Of a stretch of DNA of 32,000 nt, positions 1 through 9,755 are shown piece by piece. Position 1 is the stretch's first letter, and the number at the start of each line of letters is the position of its first letter. The notes below the pieces were generated by a model. The model was not told the origin of the DNA, did no database searches, and worked only from the letters and a program-made list of their open reading frames with translations. The DNA comes from Candidatus Harpocratesius repetitus (GTDB taxonomy: Archaea > Asgardarchaeota > Lokiarchaeia > Sigyniarchaeales > Promethearchaeaceae): NCBI GenBank assembly GCA_021498095.1, contig JAIZWK010000001.1, forward strand, positions 630,001 to 662,000. Reading direction: 5' to 3'. A program made the position numbers and the translations under genes.

Positions 1-846
1 AAACTTGAATTAGTGGAGAAACTTGGAAAATTAGAGCGAGAATTGGAAGAAAGAGATCGTAAAATTAAAGATTTAAGGAAAAAAACCCGAGACGCTCAGG
101 ATGGATTATTAGGTGCTTCATTAGAAATGGAGAAAATTAGGGAAGATTCTTCTAAAGCAGCTATGCAACTCCAAGAAGCAAATCAGGAAATTGCACAATT
201 GAAAGAAGAACTGGAAAAAATGCAGCAAATTATCAATCAAACACCGGAACAGCGAAAAGAATTAGCATTACTTAGAAAGATAAATGATGAAAGTTCAAAA
301 CCAGGAATAATTAAAAAATATAAGGAGAAAGTTGCTTCTTTGGAGTTAAAATTAAAGGAATGGCAAAAATTGGGTGCACAATCTGGAGTATCTAGTCCAA
401 TTGAAACACCAGAAGATCTTTTTGAGCGAGAAACTGGAACATATCATAATATTTCCACATTAATCACACATTTTAAATTTCAAATGTCAAATGTAAATCG
501 ATCAATACGTATAATTTTACCAGAATTATCTTTTATTGAAGATTATGGATTAAAGGAAACTTTACTTGATCTATCACCGATTGTTTTAAAAAATATTGCA
601 TGTAATGTTGATCAATCGCGCGATAAGGCAATTCTAGATGAGCTGAAAGAGAATAATTTCAAAATTACAGATTACAAAGACACCAAGCTTTTTGCATTGA
701 CTATTGATAATGTAAGTGCTGCAATTGCAGTATATGATGAAGATTCTAAAACTTTGACTGGATTATTTTCAAGTAACTCAGAATTGGTAAAGCTTTTATC
801 ACAATCAATAATGACTCCGTTTATAAAAGGCACAAAACTTAATTAG
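1..846 (+). CDS. Coiled-coil protein with C-terminal TrmB/PLD-like alpha/beta domain (5'-truncated by window edge); paralog of 912-1742
   Basis: Frame 1 is open from base 1 (KLELVEK...). N-terminal half is K/E/L-rich heptads. C-terminal domain (IRIILPE...LFALTID...GLFS...LLSQSIMTPFIKGTKL) aligns by eye with the next ORF. No HKD motif. Confidence 0.7.
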   Translation, partial: KLELVEKLGKLERELEERDRKIKDLRKKTRDAQDGLLGASLEMEKIREDSSKAAMQLQEANQEIAQLKEELEKMQQIINQTPEQRKELALLRKINDESSKPGIIKKYKEKVASLELKLKEWQKLGAQSGVSSPIETPEDLFERETGTYHNISTLITHFKFQMSNVNRSIRIILPELSFIEDYGLKETLLDLSPIVLKNIACNVDQSRDKAILDELKENNFKITDYKDTKLFALTIDNVSAAIAVYDEDSKTLTGLFSSNSELVKLLSQSIMTPFIKGTKLN

Positions 847-911
847 ATTTTAAGGAAGAATATATTTTAAATGAGTTAATAACTAACATGATATATTAGG
901 GGAAAAAAAAA

Positions 912-1742
912 ATGGAAGATCAATTATCACAAATTTCTCAAAAAATAGAAGAGATTAATGAAAATGTAAGTAAATTTGGAGTTTATCTATCTCAAAAGGA
1001 TCAAATTATTCTATCTAAAGATGAACGCATCCAAAGCTTAACAGAAAAATTAGTTACTGCTTCAAAGGAAAAAGATGAAGCTTTATGGGCAAAAATTGAA
1101 TTAATGAAAGAAATTGCAGCTGAACGTGAGCAAACCAATCGAGAAATCACAGAATTAAAAACGCAATTACTTGAAAAAGAAGAAAAGATAAAGAAATTAA
1201 AGCAAAAACAAAGACAAGCTCAAGATGGGTTAATTGGTACATCTTTTGAAGTAGATCGAATGAAAAAAGAAGTAGCAGAAAAAGAACGTAAAATCCAAGA
1301 AATAAAAGAAAAAGCAGATTCTGTTTCAATGGGTTTAACTGGAATTCTTTATGATATGGATATTGCAGTAGAATACCTTAAAGATCGAATAAAAAATGCT
1401 ACACGCTCTTTACGATTAGTGGTTCCGACAATGGAATTTTTAGAACAAAATGAAATTTTGGAGATGTTGGAACAACTACCAGAAAGCTCCGTTATCAATA
1501 TTGCTACTTCTTTGGATTTAAGTGAACATCAACCAATGATAGATTCGTGGAAAGAACGTGGATGGGTAGTAACTAATTATCCAGGAAAGAATTTCTTTAT
1601 GATAAGTGCTGACGGTTCAGATGTTTGTATTGCATTTACTTCTGGAACCCAAATTTCTGGTTTTTATTCGAATATTTCAGATTTAGTAACAATTTTCAAT
1701 CAAGCTTTAATGTATCCTTTCATAAAAGGACAGAAATTGTAA
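912..1742 (+). CDS. Coiled-coil protein with C-terminal TrmB/PLD-like domain
   Basis: 276 aa. About 140 aa of heptad coiled coil, then LRLVVPT...FFMISADG...GFYS...PFIKGQKL. Shares AQDGL(L/I)G(A/T)S and PFIKGxKL motifs with the upstream ORF. Confidence 0.72.
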   Translation: MEDQLSQISQKIEEINENVSKFGVYLSQKDQIILSKDERIQSLTEKLVTASKEKDEALWAKIELMKEIAAEREQTNREITELKTQLLEKEEKIKKLKQKQRQAQDGLIGTSFEVDRMKKEVAEKERKIQEIKEKADSVSMGLTGILYDMDIAVEYLKDRIKNATRSLRLVVPTMEFLEQNEILEMLEQLPESSVINIATSLDLSEHQPMIDSWKERGWVVTNYPGKNFFMISADGSDVCIAFTSGTQISGFYSNISDLVTIFNQALMYPFIKGQKL

Positions 1743-1773
1743 TATATGAATAGTATTTTTTTTAAAATTTATT

Positions 1774-2907
1774 TTACTTTTTAATAACTGCATCAATTAC
1801 AGTAGTATCTAATGCAGGTGAATAAGGTTTAACTGAGCGAAAAAAAACTATTTTTTCTAATTTTAATCCTGATCTATTAAGAGCTGAGAGAAAACTCTGT
1901 TTTGCATTTTGATATACATCCGGTTTTTTAGAAAATTGATATATATGTAGTAAACATCCCTTTTTACTGATAAAATCTGGTAATATTGAAAGAAATTCTG
2001 TATTCTTTTCAGGGAGATTCATTATTGCTCTGGATATGTTTCCTTGCATTTGATTGAAAAATGAAGAAGATTTGATTTGTTTTACATCATATTGGAAACA
2101 TTTGATTTGAGTGCTTATTTTATTCAATTGGATATTTTGTTGAGCATATTTAATCGCATTGTGATTAATATCTGTTGCAAAAATTTTCATTTCCGGTTTC
2201 TTTTTTGCAATCTGGATAAAATATGGTCCGACTCCGCAGAACATATCCCAAAGAGCGCCATAATGATTAAATTTTGTTGATAAATTTGCAATTCGATTTC
2301 TTTCGAACGATAAACGAGGTGTAAAAAAAGTGGTGGCAATGTTTAATTGAAATCTACATCCATTTTCTTTATATATTGTTTGGGTGTTGTTCTCACCGCA
2401 AACGAAATTTAATTTCCTTGTTCTGAATTCACCTTCAATATTTCCTGCTTTTTCAAAAATAGATCTCAAATTCTTATTGCTTTTAAGTAAAAAATCTCCA
2501 ATAATGGATAAATAAGGGCGTAATGGCGCCAATTCTACCCTATTAATATCAATAATGGCAATATTACCAATAATATCAAATGAATGTGGAATAAGATCAT
2601 GATATTCAGAAGGAATGGATTTAAAAATTTGTTGTTTAATCCTTTCTCGAGAATTTTTACGTAATTTAAAATTAAATTGTCTATTAGAATTAGAGATAAT
2701 TTTGATATCTTTAAGGATTTGAACTTTAGATTTATCATTTAATTCATCTAAAGCCGAATTTTTGAGAGGAACAAGAATAAAGCTTTCTTGATGCGAAATT
2801 CGAAATTGTTTATCTACTAATCCATTTTCATGTAAACATGGTAGAATCTCATTTCCGATTTCCTTGGGAATTTGTGCAATCCATTTAGGATAATCATTAT
2901 TCTCCAT
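1774..2907 (-). CDS. trm5: tRNA (guanine37-N1)-methyltransferase, Trm5/Met-10+ family
   Basis: IPHSFDIIGNIAII, GEFRTR, ENGCRFQLNIATTFFTPRLSFER, SAM motif DMFCGVGPY and IMNLP are all typical of archaeal Trm5. The subfamily (a/b/c) cannot be resolved by eye. Confidence 0.9.
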   Translation of the reverse strand: MENNDYPKWIAQIPKEIGNEILPCLHENGLVDKQFRISHQESFILVPLKNSALDELNDKSKVQILKDIKIISNSNRQFNFKLRKNSRERIKQQIFKSIPSEYHDLIPHSFDIIGNIAIIDINRVELAPLRPYLSIIGDFLLKSNKNLRSIFEKAGNIEGEFRTRKLNFVCGENNTQTIYKENGCRFQLNIATTFFTPRLSFERNRIANLSTKFNHYGALWDMFCGVGPYFIQIAKKKPEMKIFATDINHNAIKYAQQNIQLNKISTQIKCFQYDVKQIKSSSFFNQMQGNISRAIMNLPEKNTEFLSILPDFISKKGCLLHIYQFSKKPDVYQNAKQSFLSALNRSGLKLEKIVFFRSVKPYSPALDTTVIDAVIKK

Positions 2908-3418
2908 GTAAATTCATCTCCGATGGGATATGATGGAAATAAATTTCTAAGTGATTACTTGGATTTTGCAAGTTTTTAATTAATTTACGATTAATATCTT
3001 GTGCACTTTTAGAACATGCAATCAACACTGTACGGGAACTTAAAAATGTACTTTTTCGAAAGACAATCGAGACTTTATTAGTTAAAGAAAGTCTTGAATC
3101 TCCAAACCCTATGAAATGGTCCCAATGTACACCTGATTTTAAAAAAACACCGATTTCTTTCCCTGATTGAATTAAATTTTGTAAATCATTACTTAAATCT
3201 GCAACTGATTTTGTTGCATTAATTCCTATTATGCACGTTCCCCGTAATGTCAAGAAATCTTCCGTTGTAACTTCTAAAGTGGTTGAATGTGTCCCCTGCA
3301 CATTTGGATGACCGTATGATACTACTTTATCTAAGATATATGGTTTTATTTCGTTGAAGACTTCTTCTGACGAATATTTTGCTGAATTTTTTAAAATTCC
3401 ATCATTGATTTTAATCAT
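2897..3418 (-). CDS. DUF371 family archaeal protein
   Basis: GHPNVQGTHSTTLEVTTEDFLTLRGTCIIGINA and IVFRKSTFLSSRTVLIACSKSAQDINR match the DUF371 pattern. Overlaps the trm5 start by 11 nt. Confidence 0.85.
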   Translation of the reverse strand: MIKINDGILKNSAKYSSEEVFNEIKPYILDKVVSYGHPNVQGTHSTTLEVTTEDFLTLRGTCIIGINATKSVADLSNDLQNLIQSGKEIGVFLKSGVHWDHFIGFGDSRLSLTNKVSIVFRKSTFLSSRTVLIACSKSAQDINRKLIKNLQNPSNHLEIYFHHIPSEMNLHGE

Positions 3419-3433
3419 AGCCTTTCATCTTGT

Positions 3434-5059
3434 TTACTTCATCCTAATTTCATTTAGTATGGAAATTTTAATTGAAGGGAAATGGGTAGTAATTATATCA
3501 TCAAACAATGAAATTAGATGTGTATCGCTTGAAAATTCCTCAATTTCATTATATTCGTTGATGAAGACATCAGGTATAAGGATTGAAATTGTCATATTAT
3601 CTTGGAGATTTTTTTTTAAAAATGGGATTATCGATTTCATTAAAACTTCTCTTACTTCCAAATTGTGAATAGGATTAAGTGTCCCTTCATGTTGACTCGC
3701 TGGATAGATTTCTGCAAATTCTAAAGGAATCAAGCCAAGTACATTGCTCACAATACAAATCTGTGTTGATTTCCAATCTATTCTTTGTTTTAAAGTTTTT
3801 ATCCAATTTTTGACAGATCGACTTTGAATACTTGGTAGATTTAATTCTGGGATTAAGAATAGATGATTTTTGATTTCTGGAATTCTATAATTAGCAACTT
3901 TGTTCCGAAATCTATGAAAATGAGCGCGATATAAGGAAAAAGAACTAAGTATCATTTGACCTCGTGATTGGTTCAAATTTAATAAATTAAGGAAATTTTC
4001 AGGATTCTTTTTTACTATATTCAATGCTTTTACAAATTTTGGATGAGCATGGACTCTCTGTTCTACTAAATCCCATAATGTCCCCTCTTTAATCGCATTT
4101 CTAATTGTACGTATCTCAGAAAAGGAATGGAAAAGATTATGCTCTGCTATTGCTTTTATACGTGTAGCTTTATCTTCTTTTCGGAGTTCATTTACAGTAT
4201 AGCTAGTACAAACTGGACAATGACACGGGAATTCGTGAAGATCCTTTAAGTTTTTAGTACCTGTAAGAGTAAAATAGCGTTCATCCTTTGCATACAAAAT
4301 ATATGCCGCCGAATCAAAGAGATCTGCTCCACACGCCACAGCTAATGAGAAAAAAGCAGGTAAACCTAAGCCAAACATATGAAGTGGTCGATCTGCTCTT
4401 AGCCATTTTTTAACTTCTAAAAGAATGGCAACATCAAGATCAAAACGATAATCTATGAAGGTTTTCACAACGCCACCAATTGCATATATTCCAAAATCTA
4501 ATTTCGACATTTCTATTGCACTTTTTTTTAATAATTGTGGATAAATTGATCCATGGATTGGACCAAACCATGCGGTGTCTTTTCTAATTCTTCTCGCAAT
4601 ATTTTCACGGGCGCGTTGTAATGTAATATTAATTTTCCTTTCAGCTTCTTCTAATGAATCAGTCGTTTGAACAGGAATATCTAAAATTACCGGGCAATCT
4701 GATCCTATTTGTTCTTGAAAGGGTTCGATTTCTTCAGGTTTGACTTTTACTGCTCCAGCATACATATAATCTTGAAATGCTCCTGAATCTGTCGCAATAA
4801 TTCCAGGAAATTCGAGATGTTTATGAAGTCCTTTATCAAGAATCTCTTGATTTTTATCTTGATTCTTATATAAGATATATGCATTTGTAAATATGCTTTG
4901 GGCTTTAAAACGTTCAAACAAATCTTTTGGAGATATAAGGTTTGCAAAAGGACTAACAACTGGAAAAAGATTTGGTGTATCAAGTACCTTACTCCCTAAT
5001 TTAAAGCGTCCAATTCTTCCAGCTGCATCAAAATCCCGAATTTCATAGGAATAACTCAT
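3434..5059 (-). CDS. tgtA: Archaeosine tRNA-guanine(15) transglycosylase (arcTGT)
   Basis: AAGRIG, TPNLFPVV, TDSGAFQ, HMFGLG, GADLFDSAAY, Zn site CHCPVC...EHNL and LVEQRVHAHP. No recognisable C-terminal PUA domain. Confidence 0.95.
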   Translation of the reverse strand: MSYSYEIRDFDAAGRIGRFKLGSKVLDTPNLFPVVSPFANLISPKDLFERFKAQSIFTNAYILYKNQDKNQEILDKGLHKHLEFPGIIATDSGAFQDYMYAGAVKVKPEEIEPFQEQIGSDCPVILDIPVQTTDSLEEAERKINITLQRARENIARRIRKDTAWFGPIHGSIYPQLLKKSAIEMSKLDFGIYAIGGVVKTFIDYRFDLDVAILLEVKKWLRADRPLHMFGLGLPAFFSLAVACGADLFDSAAYILYAKDERYFTLTGTKNLKDLHEFPCHCPVCTSYTVNELRKEDKATRIKAIAEHNLFHSFSEIRTIRNAIKEGTLWDLVEQRVHAHPKFVKALNIVKKNPENFLNLLNLNQSRGQMILSSFSLYRAHFHRFRNKVANYRIPEIKNHLFLIPELNLPSIQSRSVKNWIKTLKQRIDWKSTQICIVSNVLGLIPLEFAEIYPASQHEGTLNPIHNLEVREVLMKSIIPFLKKNLQDNMTISILIPDVFINEYNEIEEFSSDTHLISLFDDIITTHFPSIKISILNEIRMK

Positions 5060-5152
5060 TAAATTATCGAATTTTCCTTATTAAATGAGTTTTTCGCTCA
5101 CTACAACTTCAATAATTCTCCACTTATTATATAAATATTCGAATATATTGAA

Positions 5153-6358
5153 TTAACCTGGCATATCTTGAATAAGATGAATTGCAAAATTGAAGATATC
5201 AGTTGAATTTAATTCTACAAATCTGGCTTGAATATTTTTGTTTACATAATTACTTGCTGAAAAGACTGTAATAAATTTGTCATCAAAGTCTCGATGAAAC
5301 CCTTCTGAAAACACTTGATGGCCTCTGAAAACCAAATCTATATGATTTTTCACACAAAAAGTCCGAAAAATTTCCTCACCAAATGTATATCCAATCCCAC
5401 GGCGATTATCAAAAAATTGCTCAGAAACACCTGGAACATAATTTATAATGGGATCATTCCACAAGATTTGTTGAGATACTGGGTCCATTTCATCAATCCA
5501 AACTTGTCGATTGTTAAAATTATATATATTTAAGAGCGGTACATCATAATCTCCAGTTTTTGGATCAATTGTAATAGGAATCCCCCCATGAAGACAAAGA
5601 AAACTGCCATTTTCGCAATGAAAAATTGAAATCAAAGGCAAATCTTTAAACATATGGCAAAAAGAAGCAAATAATATTTCTGAAAAATATTTCATAACAC
5701 GTCTTCCAAATCCATAATTTGCAGAAATAGACATTTCTTCATGATTTCCACGTAAGATAAGCACATTTGTGGGATATTTTAAGTTAAATGTCATTAAGTA
5801 GAGTAAATTATGTAAGTCCCATTTTCCTCTGTCAACAATATCTCCAATTATGATTATTTTAACATCATAACCGAGTTGCTTACCTTTTTCAATTGCTGGG
5901 ACAAAAAAATTAATTAATTTTGCAACATCTGCAAATGAACCATGAGTATCACCAACAATGAAAAATTTTGCAGGTCGTTTTCGAGTATTTTTAGTTGATT
6001 TATAGGATTTCTGAATAATTGGCACAGGAAAAGATAAAGGATAAATTTTTTCTAAATAAAAATCTTGAAACTGTCGAATTAAAATTGTCATCTTTAATTC
6101 AGATGCATCCCCTCCGTAGTATTCTGAATCATTAGGTGGATTCTCAGATGAAAATTGGCGATAATAATCCCAAAACTCTTCAACTATGGATTGTTCTTCA
6201 GTTTCCCCAATACGCTGAGTTCTACCTTCCATAATCATTTGGGTTTGGGTTTTTTCAATTGACATGAATGTAGATTGCAAGCTTGTGTAATATTTCTGTC
6301 CAATCTTTTGTGTCCGCTCATTATATTCATTTTCTTCTTGAAATTCATCAGAGTTCAT
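5153..6358 (-). CDS. PPP-family Ser/Thr protein phosphatase with N-terminal extension
   Basis: GDTHG, GDIVDRG, RGNHEE, HGG, LWNDP, RGHQ and FSASNY motifs. ATG at 6358 is preceded by a GAGGG SD-like motif (ORF track starts at TTG 6364). Confidence 0.92.
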   Translation of the reverse strand: MNSDEFQEENEYNERTQKIGQKYYTSLQSTFMSIEKTQTQMIMEGRTQRIGETEEQSIVEEFWDYYRQFSSENPPNDSEYYGGDASELKMTILIRQFQDFYLEKIYPLSFPVPIIQKSYKSTKNTRKRPAKFFIVGDTHGSFADVAKLINFFVPAIEKGKQLGYDVKIIIIGDIVDRGKWDLHNLLYLMTFNLKYPTNVLILRGNHEEMSISANYGFGRRVMKYFSEILFASFCHMFKDLPLISIFHCENGSFLCLHGGIPITIDPKTGDYDVPLLNIYNFNNRQVWIDEMDPVSQQILWNDPIINYVPGVSEQFFDNRRGIGYTFGEEIFRTFCVKNHIDLVFRGHQVFSEGFHRDFDDKFITVFSASNYVNKNIQARFVELNSTDIFNFAIHLIQDMPG

Positions 6359-6401
6359 TTTCAAACCCTCGTTTGGTTTTCAATTAATATCGTTATTTTT
6401 T

Positions 6402-7523
6402 TTAATTATATGATTGAAATTCAGAAAATTCCAAGTTTAATCCATCTTCAGATATACTGATAATTTTAGGTGGTTTTCCATATTCTAATTTCAATATTTT
6501 TGGAGAAAATTGAATTCTTCCATCATAGGATGCAGTACTGAATAAAGAATATAAACGACTGTTGAAAAATGCTTTCCATCCATCGGGCCATTTCTGATGA
6601 CCTCTAACAAGAAGATCAAGATTATTTGCAGACATAAATGCATTAAAAACATCTATTCCAAATTGTAATCTTCCATTAAAATGATCTCCAGTTAAAATCC
6701 CTTTTTGAATCATTTCATCCGGATCAGACCATAACATTGAAACAGAAAGGGGATCCATTAAACTACTTTCTGGTTTATCACATTCCAATTTTGATTCAAT
6801 TTCACTAAGGATTAAAGGTTCCATAAAATGATAAGGATCAATAGGGATTCCACCATGAACGGTTAATACACGTGCAATTTGGGAACCAGAGTGTATTTGA
6901 CTTATATGAGCAATGGGAAGGTGAGTAAAGAATTGAATTATTTCTTCGTAGAGTTCTTCACCTTTTTCCCAAAATGCACGAAGTAGATTATCAATAAATC
7001 CGTAATGTTCGTTTATTTTTCTATCTTCATGGTTTCCTCGAATTAAGACAACTTTCCCTGGACATAAAAGAGAAAAAGCGACGATTAATGTAAGGTTTTC
7101 TAAATCATATGGATTTCGATCAACATAATCCCCAACAAAGATAAGTTTGCTTTCGGGAATTTTCTGAATCAATTTATAGAAAAATTCGATTATTAAGTAT
7201 GATTCATGAATTGCTCCATGAGTATCTCCAACAAAATAGGTTGGGCCATAAATATCATCCGTAACTATTTTTTTTGCTAGTGTGGGAATAAGACGATTAA
7301 CTTCTTGATAAAATCTTAGATATTTTTCAAAAGAGAGGGGATTTTGAGTAAAATTAAAACCATCTAAGCAACATTGAACTAAATGGTCGAAAACTTCCCG
7401 AATAATCGGATTGATTGTTATATTTTTTTTTTTCAATGAAGAAAATTGTTGTTCAGATAACTGGTGATATTTATTTGTCTCGAGTGCAAAGAAATTTTTC
7501 TTAATTAGTGTAAATTCTTCCAT
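6402..7523 (-). CDS. PPP-family Ser/Thr protein phosphatase (second paralog)
   Basis: GDTHG, GDYVDRN, RGNHED, HGG, LWSDP, RGHQ and FSTASY. Metal ligands and the catalytic His are retained. Confidence 0.92.
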   Translation of the reverse strand: MEEFTLIKKNFFALETNKYHQLSEQQFSSLKKKNITINPIIREVFDHLVQCCLDGFNFTQNPLSFEKYLRFYQEVNRLIPTLAKKIVTDDIYGPTYFVGDTHGAIHESYLIIEFFYKLIQKIPESKLIFVGDYVDRNPYDLENLTLIVAFSLLCPGKVVLIRGNHEDRKINEHYGFIDNLLRAFWEKGEELYEEIIQFFTHLPIAHISQIHSGSQIARVLTVHGGIPIDPYHFMEPLILSEIESKLECDKPESSLMDPLSVSMLWSDPDEMIQKGILTGDHFNGRLQFGIDVFNAFMSANNLDLLVRGHQKWPDGWKAFFNSRLYSLFSTASYDGRIQFSPKILKLEYGKPPKIISISEDGLNLEFSEFQSYN

Positions 7524-7535
7524 AATATTCCCTCT

Positions 7536-8369
7536 TTATGAATAATCTAACCGAATTTTTTCAATTTCAGATATTTTTTCAAAAAATTCTTTCATATCAA
7601 TAATAATTATTGAGATATTATCTTCAATTTTCCTCTCAATTGAGAGATTATATAGTTTCATCACAATATCTTGCAGCGTTTCGTTTTTAGTGCGTTTTTG
7701 CAAAAAATCATTAATTTCTGAATCAGATACTTTATCAGTAAGACCATCAGAACAAAGAATACCATAGAATTGTTTTCGATATATCTTTTGGTTTGTGTTA
7801 CTTTTTAGATTATACGCCCAATTGTAAGTTTTAATATATGGATGTATCGTTTTTTGACCCATGGCTTCAGTAATTTCATGAGACGCTCCTGTTCCAATGT
7901 GATCTGTGCTTATCTGGCGAATTAAATTATCCTTGATTAAGTAGGCTCTACTGTCTCCCAAATTAAAGACCCATATCCAAGGACCAATAATCAGAAATCC
8001 CACTAAAGTGGTTTTAGGTATTTTTCCTTTTTGGATTTCTGAGGAAAACTTGCTAATTAATTCATTATTTGTTTCCTTAATTGCATTTACTATGATGTTT
8101 TGGATTTGAGCAAAATCGACGTTTTCAGTGAGAAAATAATGTAAAATTTTAGTTGGTAAAGTTTTTACTACAAAACTTGAGCCTTCATCACCATGATGAG
8201 ATGCAGATACTCCATCACAAACCAAAGCTAATATTCCATTATGTGAAAAGAACATTTCCTTAGTGGAAGCAGGAGCAAGTTTTAAATCAAATTGAATAAA
8301 AAAGGCTGAATCTTGATTTCCCTTATTTTTTCCTCCAATATCACAAACTAATCCGTATTTCTTGCTCAA
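7536..8369 (-). CDS. PP2C/PPM-family protein phosphatase
   Basis: NQDS, VCDGV, NLGDSRAY, STDH, LCSDGL and EDNIS give the full PP2C motif set. TTG start follows AGGAGG. Confidence 0.93.
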   Translation of the reverse strand: MSKKYGLVCDIGGKNKGNQDSAFFIQFDLKLAPASTKEMFFSHNGILALVCDGVSASHHGDEGSSFVVKTLPTKILHYFLTENVDFAQIQNIIVNAIKETNNELISKFSSEIQKGKIPKTTLVGFLIIGPWIWVFNLGDSRAYLIKDNLIRQISTDHIGTGASHEITEAMGQKTIHPYIKTYNWAYNLKSNTNQKIYRKQFYGILCSDGLTDKVSDSEINDFLQKRTKNETLQDIVMKLYNLSIERKIEDNISIIIIDMKEFFEKISEIEKIRLDYS

Positions 8370-8409
8370 TCCTTTATTCCTCCTATGAATTTCAACTTTT
8401 TATGGTTTT

Positions 8410-9741
8410 TTAGTCTAAATCAAGAACTGAAATTAATTCAAATATACCTCGAACTGTTGTATGTTTTATTGATATTTGTTGATTTATTTGAATAGGAACC
8501 CATTGATTTGGTGGTAATTCTCTCCCATCAAGTAAAGTAGGATTGCTATTCCTCCCTTCATGAATGTAAAAGAGATTTCTCTCACGACTATATCCTAAAA
8601 AGAATTGTTCACGATTGCGATCTAAACCATTATTAAAACAACGAGTAATCCCCCTAAAAACACCTCGATATTCTTGTTTCCATGGTGCTGATTCAACAAT
8701 CAATTCTCTACCAATTCTACGGTTTTTATTTTCTTCTAATACCATTTCCATTGGGTTTAATTGAATAATTGCATTATTATTAATTATCCTTAAAACAAAC
8801 ATATTACCTGTTTCAATAGAAGGAAGTTGATCCAAACCTCCTGTTTTTCCAGAAAGATGTTGTTCCAGTGCTTGCTTAACTTCTAAAAAGGTTCTAAAAC
8901 GATCCTTAGGTTCATATTGAGTACACTTTTCTACAACATCGTTTAAGGTATCAGAAATCTTCATATTGTAATCTTGTGGATGGAGAATATAATCTGAATT
9001 AATAGTCGGTTTCACTCGAGTATAACCATTTGTTAGAGCATAAAATAAAACTGCACCGAACATATATATGTCTGTTTGAGGCAATGGAGGCTTTTGCATG
9101 ATTATTTCTGGAGCAAAAAATCCAGGAGTAATTATTACTGTTCCTGATCCTTCCATTTCATCTATTAAAGGAGGTTCGTCCATAAGGGTCTTAGAATCAA
9201 AGACTTTACCACCTCCCCAATCAATTACTATGGGATAAGGTGCGCCATTCTTTGTTGTAATCATAATATTATTAAATGTGAAATCACGATGAATTGCCCC
9301 CTTTTTCTGAGCGTAAAACATAAAATCGCATAAAGGAAGAAAAATCTTTTCTACAATTTCATCGATATTTAAAGGATTATTCGAGCGTAAATTATCGTTA
9401 AACCAAGATTTTAAAGTAGTGGCATTATCTACGAAACCAAAAACCAAATAAAATTTTGGATTACTACGATCACTTTTGTCTTCAAATGCTTCAATATATT
9501 CCATGTGTGGTCCAGAATATCCAGATACTGCCTTAGTTAAATCCCGCTCTCGTTCCCAATACATACGAGCTTCAGCAACAGATGAAAAGGCAACACTTTT
9601 AAATTGTTTAATTGCTACTATTTTTTTTGTTTTTACCATTTTCGCTTTGTAGACGGCTCCAAATCCACCATCCCCAATTTTTTCTATAATCTGGTAAAGT
9701 TGGCCTAGTTTTAACTTTTCTCCATTAGATATATCAGTCAT
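8410..9741 (-). CDS. Hanks-type Ser/Thr protein kinase with C-terminal FHA domain
   Basis: GDGGFG, VAIK, alphaC Glu (WERE), HRDFTFNN, DWG, APE and DIYMFG. C-terminal IGR...GITR...SNPTLLDG fits an FHA domain. Likely start is the ATG at 9741 (MTDIS). Confidence 0.92.
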   Translation of the reverse strand: MTDISNGEKLKLGQLYQIIEKIGDGGFGAVYKAKMVKTKKIVAIKQFKSVAFSSVAEARMYWERERDLTKAVSGYSGPHMEYIEAFEDKSDRSNPKFYLVFGFVDNATTLKSWFNDNLRSNNPLNIDEIVEKIFLPLCDFMFYAQKKGAIHRDFTFNNIMITTKNGAPYPIVIDWGGGKVFDSKTLMDEPPLIDEMEGSGTVIITPGFFAPEIIMQKPPLPQTDIYMFGAVLFYALTNGYTRVKPTINSDYILHPQDYNMKISDTLNDVVEKCTQYEPKDRFRTFLEVKQALEQHLSGKTGGLDQLPSIETGNMFVLRIINNNAIIQLNPMEMVLEENKNRRIGRELIVESAPWKQEYRGVFRGITRCFNNGLDRNREQFFLGYSRERNLFYIHEGRNSNPTLLDGRELPPNQWVPIQINQQISIKHTTVRGIFELISVLDLD

Positions 9742-9755
9742 TTTTTTCCCTTCTT

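Noticed and set aside
1-1742. Phospholipase D/nuclease activity or SMC identity for the coiled-coil proteins
   Set aside because: There is no HxKxxxxD motif and no Walker A/B or hinge.
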